Assembly: GCA_030390025.1 (NCBI GenBank)
Contig: CM059432.1
Location: forward strand, 109,122,001 to 109,186,000
Reading direction: 5' to 3'
Origin: Squalus acanthias
Lineage: Eukaryota
DNA: 64,000 bases
The position numbers and the translations under genes are program-made. The notes under the pieces were generated by a model, which saw only the letters and a list, made by a program, of their open reading frames with translations, had not been told where the DNA came from and did not search any database. Of the stretch, positions 11,910 to 23,042 are shown in pieces (positions within the stretch are counted from its first letter, which is position 1; each line of letters begins with the position of its first letter).

Positions 11910-14900
11910 ATGGCGGACACGAACGCAGTTTCCGTGAAACTGCCGGAGTTTTGGGAAAACCAGCCCGAAGCCTGGTTTCTCCAAGCTGAATCTCGCTTCC
12001 GGCTGTGAAACATCACCACAGATGGGACGAAGTACGACTATCTCGTCACATCACTCGGTAGTGCCACAGTTTCGAAGGTTTGGACAGCGCTGCAAAACCC
12101 ACCAGAGGAAGGCAAGTACGCACATCTCAAGACAGTGCTCCTTAAAAAATTTACGGCGTCGGCATATCAGCGAAACTGCCACCTCCTCGACCTTCCAGGC
12201 CTCGGTGATGCCTCACCGTCAGACCTCCTCTCCCACATGCTCTCCCTCACCGACGAGAGCCCACCCGGATCCCTCTTCCGCACGCTGTTCATCCGCCAGC
12301 TCCCTCTCAGCATCCGCCCAGCGATCGTGGCGTCCGGCCTCACGAACCTGGAAGCCCTGGCCAATGAGGTCAACAAGCTGCTGTCCGCTTACTCCAGCCG
12401 CGACGTCACTCCGGACCTGGCAGCCAATGCCTGGGCGCGCCCCTCACCGGCCACCACGCGGCCACAAGGGCCTGCCACCAGGCCCACGGGGCCTTCACGC
12501 CCCACTAACCCGGGCCACTGTTACTACCACGCACGGTTCGGCGCCAGGGCACAACGGTGCACACCTCCCTGCTCTTTCAAGTCCGCCCCCGTACCAGCCC
12601 CCGCGATGGCCGTGGGCCACGCGGGCTCCCTGCTGTTCATCACGGATGACAAAACCGGCCGCCGGTTCCTGTGCGACACTGGGGCTCAGCACAGCATCAT
12701 GCCGGCCTCCTCCCTCGACATCCAAAAGGGCGAACGAGGACCGGCGCTGGCTGCTGCTAACGGCTCGGAAATCCGGACGTATGGCACCCGGACAGTCACC
12801 CTCGACCTCGCTGGTCGCCGCTACCGATGGGAGTTCATCACTGCCAAGGTGCTCTCCCCTCTCATCGGCGCAGATTTCCTGTGCGCCCACGGCCTACTGG
12901 TAGACATCCCCCGTCACCACCTCGTGGACATGAACACCATGTCCCCCATCCTGGGCGACATGGCCCCCCGTCAACCCGCCGACATGGCGTCACAGTGCCA
13001 CGCCCGGGCCACGGATGACTACTCGGCACTCCTGGCCGAATTCCCGGCCCTTACCAATCCGACCTTCTCCGCGGAGACCACCAAACACGGGGTGGAACAC
13101 TTCATCCCCACCACAGGCCCCCCAGTGTACGCCCACGCCCGCAGGCTGGACCCGACCAAACTGGAGATCGCGCGGACCGAGTTTGCCACCATGGAACAGC
13201 TCGGCATCATCCGCCGCTCCAACAGTCCCTGGGCCTCCCCACTCCACATCGCCCCCAAACCAGGCAGAGGTTGGTGCCCCTGCGGGGATTACCGCCGCCT
13301 CAACGACGCCACCACCCCTGATCGGTACCCCGTGCCGCACATTCAGAACTTCTCTGCTAGACTGGCCGGCCGCTCAGTCTTTTCCAAGGTCGACCTGGTG
13401 CGCGGCTACCACCAAGTCCCCGTCCACCCCGCGGACGTCCCCAAGACGGCCGTAATCACCCCCTTCGGCCTGTTTGAGTTCCTGCGGATGCCCTTCGGCC
13501 TCAAAAACGCGGCCCAGGCATTCCAACGGCTCATGGACTCGGTCCTTCGGGACCTGAAGTTCCTGTTCGTCTACCTGGACGACATCCTGGTAGCCAGTTC
13601 CTCCAAGCAGGAACACCTCGAACACCTTCGCATCCTGTTCGGGCGCCTCAGCGACCACGGGCTCATCCTCTGCCCAGCCAAATGCCAGTTCGGCCTGGAC
13701 AAGATCGACTTCCTCAGCCACCACATCACCCATGCTGGGGCCATTCCCCTGCCCACCAAGGTGCAGGCCGTCCAACAATTTCCCCGCCCCACCACCATCA
13801 AAGGCCTCCAGGAGTTCCTCGGGATGGTGAATTTCTATAACTGCTTCATCCCCAAAGCGGCGTCCCTCATGAGGCCCCTGTATGAAGCCCTCCGGGGCAG
13901 GAGCGGCAAGATGGCGGTCGAATGGACGGCAGACGCGTCCGCCGCCTTCGACTCCACCAAGACCGCGCTCGCCAACGCCATCCTGCTCGCGCACCCATGG
14001 CCCAATGCCAGGGTAGCGCTCACCACGGACGCCTCCGACCACGCGGTCGGCGCCGTGTATGAGCAGTGGGTCGACGGCGCCTGGCAACCACTTGCCTTCT
14101 TCAGCCGCCAACTACGCCCCCCGGAGTTCAAGTACAGCACCTTCGACCGCGAGCTCCTCGCGCTGTTCCTGGCGGTCCGCCATTTCCGGTTTTTGCTTGA
14201 GGGCCACCCCTTCACTGCGTTTGTCGACCACAAGCCCCTGACATTCGCAATGGTAAAGACAACCGACCCCTGGTCCGCCAGGCAGCAGCGCCAGCTCGCG
14301 GCAGTGTCCGAATTCACCGCGGACATCCAACACGTCTCCGGCCAAGACAATGTGGTAGCCGACTGCCTCTCCCGCCCCGCCATCTACGCCGCACACCTGG
14401 CAGTCGACTACGCTCAACTCGCAGCAGACCAGATCACCGACCCTGATCTGCTCTCCGCACCCACCAACCTACCAGGGCTACGCCTGGCCGACGTCACCTG
14501 TGGCCCGACCGCAGTCACGGTCAAGTGCGACATATCCCTATGTCAACCTCGGCCCGTCGTCCCAGCGTCCTGGCGCTGCCGGGTATTCGACATTCTCCAC
14601 AACCTCTCCCACCCCGGCGCCCGCGCATCCATCAAATTGGTAGCCAACCGCTTCGTCTGGCGCAGCCTTCGCAAGGATGTGCGTACTTGGGCCAACTCCT
14701 GCCTAGCCTGCCAACGGGCCAAGGTACAGCAACACACGAAAGCACCCCTCGAGGAGTTTACCGTCCCCTCGCGGAGATTCGACCACATCCACGTGGACAT
14801 CGTCGGGCCCCTGCCGCCGTCGCAAGGCCACACGCACTTGCTGACCATCGTTGACCGCACCACACGCTGGCCCGAGGCAATTCCACTGACCTCTACCACC

Positions 14901-15722
14901 ACCGCCGACATCGCCAGAGCCTTCGTCAGCACCTGGGTCGCATGGTTCGGCGTCCCCTCCGACATGATGTCGGACAGAGGTCCGCAATTTACCTCTGAAC
15001 TCTGGACCGCCATCGCACGCAATCTCGGGGTGACCATTCACCGCACCACAGCGTACCACCCCCAAGCCAACGGACTGTGTGAGCGGTTCCACAGATCCTT
15101 GAAGGCATCTCTTCGAGCCAGCCTCCAGGACGGTGCCTGGACCGACCGACTTCCGTGGGTCCTCCTCGGCCTGCGCACCGCGGTTAAAGAAGACCTCCAC
15201 GCATCGGCAGCAGAGCTCGTGTATGGTCAGCCGCTGCGCATACCCGGCGAGTTCCTGCCCACCGCCACGACACCCTTGTCAGCCGACCAGCAACGCCACG
15301 ACTTCGCCTCACCGGCGCTGCAATTCGCCCCGGTGCCCATTGCCCGACACGGCGAATCCACCTCACACGTCCCACTAAGCCTGCACCAGGCACGGTTTGT
15401 TTTCGTCTGGCACGACGCCCACCGCGGACCCCTTCAACCCCCGTACGACGGGCCCTACAAGGTGCTACAGGCTGGGGACAAATTTTTCACCCTGCAAGTG
15501 GGCGACAGGACCGAAAAAGTGTCGGTTGACCGACTCAAGCCAGCACACTCGGAGCCCGGTGAGCAGGTCCCTGTAGCTCGTCCACCTCCACGCGGCCGAC
15601 CTGTCTTCACGCCGGTTCACCCGGCTGCTCCACGCCCGGCCGTTCCACGTCCACCGGCGTTCTACAAGAGCCGCTCCGGCCGGCCCATCAGACCGCTGCA
15701 CCGTCTCGTCCACACCTCCTAA
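11910..15722 (+). pseudogene. Gypsy gag-pol polyprotein (Gag, Cys/His knuckle, protease, RT, RNase H, integrase) with one in-frame TGA at 12006-12008
   Basis: ATG 11910 MADTNAVSVKLPEFW is in frame with the 1195-aa ORF 12135-15722. Motifs CYYH...C..PC, DTGA, YLDD, TDAS, H...C..C, SDRGPQF...ERFH and GPY. Confidence 0.93.
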
Positions 15723-15724
15723 GC

Positions 15725-15742
15725 GGATTCTGGGGGGAGCTG
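15725..15742 (+). promoter_or_regulatory. Polypurine tract
   Basis: ggattctggggggagctg immediately upstream of the 3' LTR. Confidence 0.75.
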
Positions 15743-15984
15743 TGTGGCAGATCGCCATTTAAACGGGCATTTGCCACTTTTCCGTCCGTGGACAATATAT
15801 CGATGCACCTTCCCTTTAAGGCACCTTGCCTTTAAGGCATGAGTGGGCGGGGCCTCAGGATTTTTCCAGAGAATTCTGGGAGCAGTCTGTTCAGCCATTT
15901 TGTGCCATGCAGTTGCATTAAAAAAGTCTCTTGTTTTCCACACATGGATTCAGCCTTAATTCGTGTTTCGCGGCAGCCTCAACA
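15743..15984 (+). repeat. 3' LTR
   Basis: tgtggcagatcgcc...gcctcaaca. Confidence 0.95.
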
Positions 15985-16964
15985 AAATGCCAATAGTCAG
16001 CTGAGTTTATGAGTAGGCCAGGTGCAGGTCAGGATCAATTAGTTTTCTTGATAAAGGTTCCAGTGCACAACTTTTGGACAGAAAACCCTTAGATTTATTT
16101 CTTGACAGTGTGTCCTGTTTGAATGCTGTGGTCCTGGAGCTTTGGAAAGGACTGTTCTCAATGCCTTTACCTCATTGGTGGATCAATCCTATATCAGAAT
16201 ATCAAGATCTGTTAGGACCAGCAACTTGAGATACCTGCACATTAATGGGAACATGGATTTAACCTTTATAGATGACCCCTGGCTCCATGGTATATACTTC
16301 TGTCACCCGCAAAGACGAGAATCTTGGCCAGTCCTAGCATAGGGCTTAGATATACCTTGAGATAACCTTCTAAAGTTACATAGTCACCTAGCAGGCATAC
16401 TTCTAACATTTCTACATTACTAATCTTGTACCTATTGTTAGGACTCTACACACCTTGGGTTGTGGATCAGCTCTTTCTCATGCTGGGAATATCATACATG
16501 AAGCCAATCTGGGCTTCATTGTGGGCATTAGATCTGATAGTTGGGCCATACGGCTTGAATCAGCACTTTTGATACAATATCTGGGAATATTTGTACATTA
16601 TTAGGTGGCCCAAAAACAGGGTACAACTAGAAAGGCATACTTTCTGACTAGGAGTGCTCAAAGAGTTGGAGAATTTGCACTGAGTCCCAGTGGCAAGTCA
16701 CAGATTCCCCATACGCCACCCTGTGTGGTCCAGCACATGATGCTTAACTCCGCATGTGAATACTCTCCCGGTGGCTCACTGAGCTATACAGACCAGGAAC
16801 ACCTTGGGCTCGATCCTTGATCTGTGCTGAGTTAGCTGATGTCATCCAGGACAGCAGTAGGAAAGCTTCAATCCTTCCCCGGGTTAAGGAGGAGAAATTC
16901 CCCCAAAATTCCCAATCCTGATTATTATCCAGTTGGAAGTGCATTTGGACGTCAGATGAAGACA

Positions 16965-17432
16965 GTTTCCATCCTCTGACACTGCGTTGCTCCTTGTTCT
17001 CTGCTCCTTCCGCTCCACTATCAATGGTCAATTTTTCAGCCACTACACCCCTACTCTTTGAACCTCCCTCCCTCAAACCTTTCACTTCACCACTCCCTCC
17101 CCACTATCAAAAGCCTACCAAAAACCCTTCTCTTTGGTCACACCTTCAACCCTTCCAGTCCTTCCGTTATCCCAATTTCTTCTCTCCACTTATTGAAAAT
17201 CTTTGTATCTACTTATTAGCTTTAAGAACCTCCTTAAAATCCATCTCTTTGACAAAGCTATTAGTCTCCCGTACCATTATCTCCTGCCTTGGCTCAGCAT
17301 CAGTTTTCCTTTTATAATGCTGCTGTGAAGCACCACAGGCGTTTTTCTACATTAAAGGTGCAAGGTGTTGTTATAGTAGTTGTAGTAGTAATAGTATTAG
17401 AAGTTGTTGTAATAGTAGTAGTTGTAGTAATA
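16965..17432 (+). mobile_element. L2-like LINE 3' fragment ending in a (gtt/gta)n microsatellite
   Basis: Resembles the reverse complement of the L2 tail at 51775-52000. Triplet repeat at 17366-17432. Confidence 0.55.
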
Positions 17433-17639
17433 GTGGGTAGTATCTGTTCTGTAAGGCCTCCTCGAAGTCTCTCGGTACATGAGAAATTCCTTAGAAGTGA
17501 AATTTGGTGATGTTGCTGTTGCTATTTTGTCTGAATATTTGGATTGATACAAAACATTAAGGCACAGCTGCAGCAGTTCTTGTGTACTGGGTACACACAT
17601 GGAGATCTGTCTTAAATGGCAGCAGCTCTGATGATGCTT

Positions 17640-17826
17640 TGGAATTACCTCCCTAAACCTTGTTGCCTCTCCATCTCCCTCTCCTCCTTTAAGATCCCCC
17701 TTAAAACCCACCTCTTTGACCCTAACTAATATCTCTTTCTTTGGTTCAGCGCCTATTTTCTTGATTATGTCTCTGTAAAGCATGATTTCCTATGTTAAAG
17801 ATGCTATTTAAATGCAAATTGTTGTT
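17640..17826 (+). mobile_element. L2-like LINE 3' end
   Basis: ggaattacctccctaaacc...cttaaaacccacctctttgacc...atgcaaattgttgtt. Confidence 0.6.
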
Positions 17827-17829
17827 ATT

Positions 17830-19721
17830 GGCCTAGAAATTCACAGATATACTGCTGGCCATTAAGGCCTGATTTGGGGAAAAAATGGCAGCCACCTCAC
17901 TTCCGCCCGCCTCCAGCGCAAGTCTCGGCAGTGGGCCATAGTGCTGCCGTTGGCAGCGCTGGCCCTAGAAATGTAAATCAGCAGTGTGACGTCGCGCCAC
18001 GCCTGCAAACTTTGACCTTTTTGCTGAGTTTACCGCTGGGTCCTGAGCACACTCACAAAAGCGAGCATGAACCAGACCTACAGAGATGCTGTCAGCTATT
18101 CTTAATGGGACACACATCTTTCGGGTAAGTTTGGATTTAAGCTTTTGGACTGTTTTTGTAATATTTTATTGAAGTTGTGGCTTGGTGCAACAGATGTTAA
18201 AAGTTTTTAAAGTGTGCAGGGAGTGCTGATGGATGCTTTCAAGGTTTCGGATGGTAAACAAAGGCCTCTAAGAAGACAGAAAATGCTGGAAATACTCAGC
18301 AGGTCTGGCAGCATCCGTGGAGAGAGAAACAGAGTTCATGTCTCAGGTCGAGATGCTGCCTGACCTGCTGAGTATTTCCAGCATTTTCTGCTTTTATTTC
18401 AGATTTCCAACATCCGCTCGCAGAGGGAAGAGGAAGACGCAGAAGAGGAAGACGCAGAAGAGGAAGAAGCAGAAGAGGATGAAGTGGAAGGAAGGATTCA
18501 ACGCAGACAGTCCCTTTCTGGCCGGGATATCCGGGATGGAATCATCCGCCTGCGGTGCCAGTGACTACAACTCCAATTCCCCTTTCAACATTTGTCCCAC
18601 ACCTTACCTTCCCTCTGTTACTGACCATCACAGTGTCCTCTTGGCCACAGTGCTGAAATAAAAGCCACCACAAAGCAAACTTTCCAATCCAACTTTATAC
18701 ACCTATCCATCCAATATGACATCAAGAAATCAACTAATCACCCTTGTGCATTCCCTTAGTGACTGTCTTGTGCGTGTCTTTACCTATCCTAGTGATGTCA
18801 CACAGTGCTACTCCAGTGGCTGCAGCATGGCTGCTGACTTTCAGTGGGGGACACTGCAGATGGCCTTGCAGGACAACCTCAAGTGGCTGGGGGTGTCAAA
18901 TTCAGTAACGGTGTGCGTTTCTTCTTCTTCTTCTTCTTCACTCTCTTCTCCCTCTTCTTGGTCAACCACTGGCTGGGCAGGCTGCATTTCTTGGGTGTGT
19001 GAAATGAGGAAGGCACAGTTAGTGTTGTGGTGAGCGGAGGGCGGGAAAACAAGAGCTGCATGTGAGAAGGAGGATAACGTATGAGGATACCAGCATCTTG
19101 TATCCTTTCAACCCAGCCGCTGACTAAGGGCTCAGCCATGTCCCAACCAAGAATGGCCAGCACCGTTGTCTCTAAGAAGATGAGGTGAAGCTAGGAATGT
19201 GAGGTGTGCCTCGTGTTTGGTACAGATTGTTGATAGGTGAGTGAATGGGAGGGTGGATTGTGCAATGAGCAGTGTGTGAGGCTAGTGGTGCAGTTGGTAG
19301 GGGACGGCATTTGAAGATGCATTCACTGGCCTTGACCACTGGTCTGAAGCCAGGAAGCTTCTTTGGGCATTGGAGCCAGGTCGTGTAGGCGACACTGCTG
19401 GCAGTGACGGCCTCGGTGACCTGGTCCCACATCGTTCTTTCTGGAGGTCCTCCTGGCCCCTGTGGGTAGAGGACCTCTCTTGTAGTGTTGAGCCCCTGCA
19501 GAAAGCTGGAGTGCTGTGTGCGAGACCCTGGGTGCCCCTTCCCTGGCTTGTTGAGCCATTTGTGTTAGTGCTGCAAAAAGAGGGTTGCACGGTAGGTTTG
19601 GCGCTGTAATAATTTAACTTAGCAGGCAGCACCAAAATACCTGCGCTATGATTTAGGGCGGCCGTTAATTGCGGCCCACGGTGGCACCGGCAGGTTTCTG
19701 GCCTCGTGCAATTTCTAGGCC
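17830..19721. mobile_element. Non-autonomous Harbinger, family B copy 1
   Basis: TIR ggcctagaaatt / aatttctaggcc and ATT TSD. Myb remnant on - (MAQQAREGAPR; MWDQVTEAVTASSVAYTTWLQCPKK). Only the acidic transposase tail remains on +. Confidence 0.88.
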
Positions 19722-19725
19722 ATTG

Positions 19726-22090
19726 TCTCTATTATACGCTCACTGACTCCCACAGTTACCTTGACTACACCCTGCTTCCCATAAGAACTCTATTCCATTC
19801 TCCCACTTTCTCCATCTCCATCGCATCTGTTCTGACAATACCATATTTCATAGCAGTGCTTCCGATATGTCTGGCTTTTTCTTCAACCAAGGTTGACATG
19901 GCCCTCGACCGTGTCTGTCCCATTTCCCGCACTTCTGCTCTCATCCCTTCTCCTCCCTCCCAGAACCACGATAAGGTTCTCCTTGTCCTCACATTCCACC
20001 CCATCAGCCTCCACGTTCAATGGATCATCCTCCACCATTTCCGCGTGATGCCACCACCAAACACATCCTCCCCTCCCCTTTCAGCATTCCGAAGGGACCA
20101 TTCCCTCTGCAACACCCTGGTCCACCCCAACATCCCCTATTTGACATTTCGGAAGGACAGACAGAAAGGAAAGGGAGGTGGGGTGGCTTTGTTGGTAAAG
20201 GATGGGATTAGTGCAGTGGTGAGAAGTGATATTGGCTCAGAAGATCAAGATGTAGAATCGGTTTGGATGGAGATAAAAAATAATAAGGGGAAAAAGTCTC
20301 TGGTGGGCGTAGTCTACAGACCCCCGAACAGTAGCAACACTGTTGGACAGAGTATAAATCAACAAATAATGGAGGCCCGCAAAAAAGGTACGGTAATAAA
20401 CATGGGTGATTTTAATCTCCATGTTGATTGGACAAATCAAATTGGCCATGGTAGCCTTGAGGAGGAGTTCATAGAGTGTATCCGGGATGGTTTCCTAGAA
20501 CAGTATGTAATGGAACCAACCAGGGAGCAGGCTATCTTGGATCTGGTTCTGTGTAATGAGACAGAATTAATAAATGATCTAATAGTAAAGGATCCTCTAG
20601 GAAAGAGTGATCATAGCATGGTTGAATTTCAAATTCAGTTGGAGGGTGAGAAAGTTGTATCTCAAACCAATGTCCTGATCTTAAACAAAGGCAATTACAA
20701 TGGCATGAGGGCAGAACTGGCTAAAGTGGACTGCAAAAATAAATTAAATGGTAAGAAAGTTGAAATGCAGTGGCGGACATTTAAGGAGATATTTCATAAC
20801 TCTCAACAAAAATATATTCCAGTGAGAAAGAAAGATTTTAAGAGAAGGGAGCATGATCCATGGCTAACTAAGGAAGTAAAGGATGGTATCAAATTGAAAA
20901 TGAAGGCATACAATGTTGCTAAGATTGGTGGGAGGCCAGAGGATTGGGAAATTTTTAAAAACCAGCAAAGGATGACTAAAAAAATAATAAAGAGAGAGAA
21001 GATGAATTATGAGAGTAAACTGGCAAGAAATATTAAAACGGATAGTAAGAGCTTCTACAGGTATATAAAAAGGAAGAGGGTAGCTAAAGTAAATGTTGGC
21101 CCCTTAGAGGATGAGGCTGGGGAATTAATAATGGGGAACGGGGAAATGGCAGAGACTCTGAACAAATATTTTGTATCTGTCTTCACGGTAGAAGACACTA
21201 ACAACATCCCAATAATGGATAATCAAGGGGTCACAGGGAGGGGGGAACTAAAGACAATCACTATCACTAAGAAAAAAGTACTTGGTAAAATAATGGGACT
21301 ACATAAGAACATAATGCTTGAGGGGCCAAGTGGCCTATTCCTGCTCCTATTTCTTATGTTCCCCTTCCCACAGCCCCTTCCCGTGCAAGCACAGGAGATA
21401 CAACACCTGCCCTTTTACTTCCTCCCTTCTCATCGTCCAGGGCCCCAAACACTCCTTCCAGGTGAAACAGAGATTTGTACTTCTTTCAATTTAGTATATT
21501 GTATTCGTTGCTGATGATGCTGTCTCCTCTGCATTGGGGAGACCCAACGCAGACCACTTTGCGAAGCACCCCCGTTCAATCCGCAAGTGTGACCCTGAGC
21601 TTCTGGTCGGCTGTCATTTTAATTCTCTGCTTCACTCCCACTCTGACCTCTCCATTCTTGGCCTCCTACACTGTTCTAATGAAGCTCAACAGGAGCTCGA
21701 GGAACAGCACCTCAGGGCCTTCCAGACCCAACATTGAGTTCAACAATTTCAGATTATAACCACTGATCACATTTTTTCAGACAGCAGCTGTTGGTAATGA
21801 TTCTGCTGTTGCCATTTACAGCATCTTTTGTCCCATTACCATCTCATTTCACCTTGCATCATCATCCCTTTCATCATTTAATCTCTCTTGCCTTCCATCC
21901 TATCACAGACCTTCCATTTTGTTCTTTTCTCCCCTCCCCCCTTTCCCTGCCTCCGTGCTTGCTTAAAACCTGTTACATCTCTAACTTTTTCCATTTCTGA
22001 AGGAAGGTCATTGACCTGAAATGTTAACTTGGTTTCTCTCTCCACAGATGCTGCCTGACCTGCTGAGTATTTCAAGCATTTCTGTTGTTA
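19726..22090 (+). mobile_element. Penelope-like element fragment (RT C-terminus, GIY-YIG, 3' pLTR) split by a CR1 piece
   Basis: HSYLDYT, RRDHSLCNTLVH, NLVYCIRC..., HFNSLLHSHSDL. Its 3' end matches 44007-44330. Confidence 0.75.
20135..21360 (+). mobile_element. CR1 ORF2 endonuclease-region fragment
   Basis: RKDRQKGKGGGV, YRPPNS, GDFN, LDLVL, SDH, then CR1 tail-like sequence at 21301-21360. Confidence 0.85.
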
Positions 22091-22457
22091 TTTGTTGTTG
22101 TTGATGTTAATGCTACTCTGGTCATTGTAAAGTACAAAAAGCAAGGCCATATCCCTCGGTTGTTGTAAAGAGTGGACATGGAGTCAGTTGTTATAATCTA
22201 GCCCACACTTTGCTCTTGTAATTTTAAAAAAGTTTCTTCATCTTGCTCTCATTAAATTTCCCCTATGCAACTGCATCCTGCCGAGAAGGGCAATCATGCC
22301 CCTAAGTTTCTACCAAAGCTACTTTTTAACTGGGCTCCCTGGAGGTGGGTGACGATGGAGTGACTCACCTTTTGAGCTTCCGCCTTTCCCTGTGGGGAAG
22401 GACCCGACCTTTGCTCTGTGATTCCGCTGACTGTACACATGAAATTAGGAATTCAGT

Positions 22458-23042
22458 GGGGGGCGAAATTCAACTCACGGCCGCCCGTTTTTCCAACGTA
22501 ACGTTGGTGTTAAACCTCCAATTTTTACATTGTGATCTGCCGCGCCGAACTCTGCCAGAAGTGCGCCGGATGCCATATTGGCTCGGGCGACTTTTAGTTG
22601 TCCAGGGCGCCCACCTGAAACAGGCGTTGGGTCCTTAAATATTCAAATCGAATGCAAAATTCAAGTTATAATTGGGCGGAGCTTGCGCCACACATCTCCA
22701 CCCAGATGTATCAGATGTTGAGCAATCTAACCAGCAAACCTTAAAGGGCCCGCTGGAGGCCACTCAAAAAGAGTCCCAGGAAATTTTCAGTTTCAGCAGA
22801 AGGGCTCCCCTTAGGCCCACAAAAACACTCTGGCCCTTTGCTAGGGCATTCAAGGCCCCTCCTCAAGGATCACCAACCCGCTCAGACCTGACCTGCCGAC
22901 CGGCTCAACATAGGAGCCGGCCAGATTCCCACCTTCCTCAAGTAGCAGCTTACAGCGGAAGGCTCGTTTGTCGCCCGCAGTTTGGCGGCGGCATTTGAAC
23001 GAGGCCTAAAGTGGAGTTTTGGGCGCAGGTAGAATTTCCGGC
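22458..23042. mobile_element. Probable Harbinger-like MITE
   Basis: GC/CpG-rich block starting gggggcgaaatt and ending aatttccggc. TSD unclear. Confidence 0.4.

Larger units (their letters stand above)
11628..15984 (+). mobile_element. Gypsy/Ty3 LTR retrotransposon, full length
   Basis: Two 242-bp TG...CA LTRs, a 4-bp AAAT TSD (11624-11627, 15985-15988), PBS, PPT and a single gag-pol frame. Confidence 0.97.

Noticed and set aside
12022..15758. Overlapping and antisense ORFs in the Gypsy element
   Set aside because: Expected by-products of high GC content, with no recognisable motifs.
19706..21514. 602-aa ORF as a novel fusion gene
   Set aside because: Chance read-through of Penelope-CR1-Penelope fragments. 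The Penelope parts are mostly out of their native frame.
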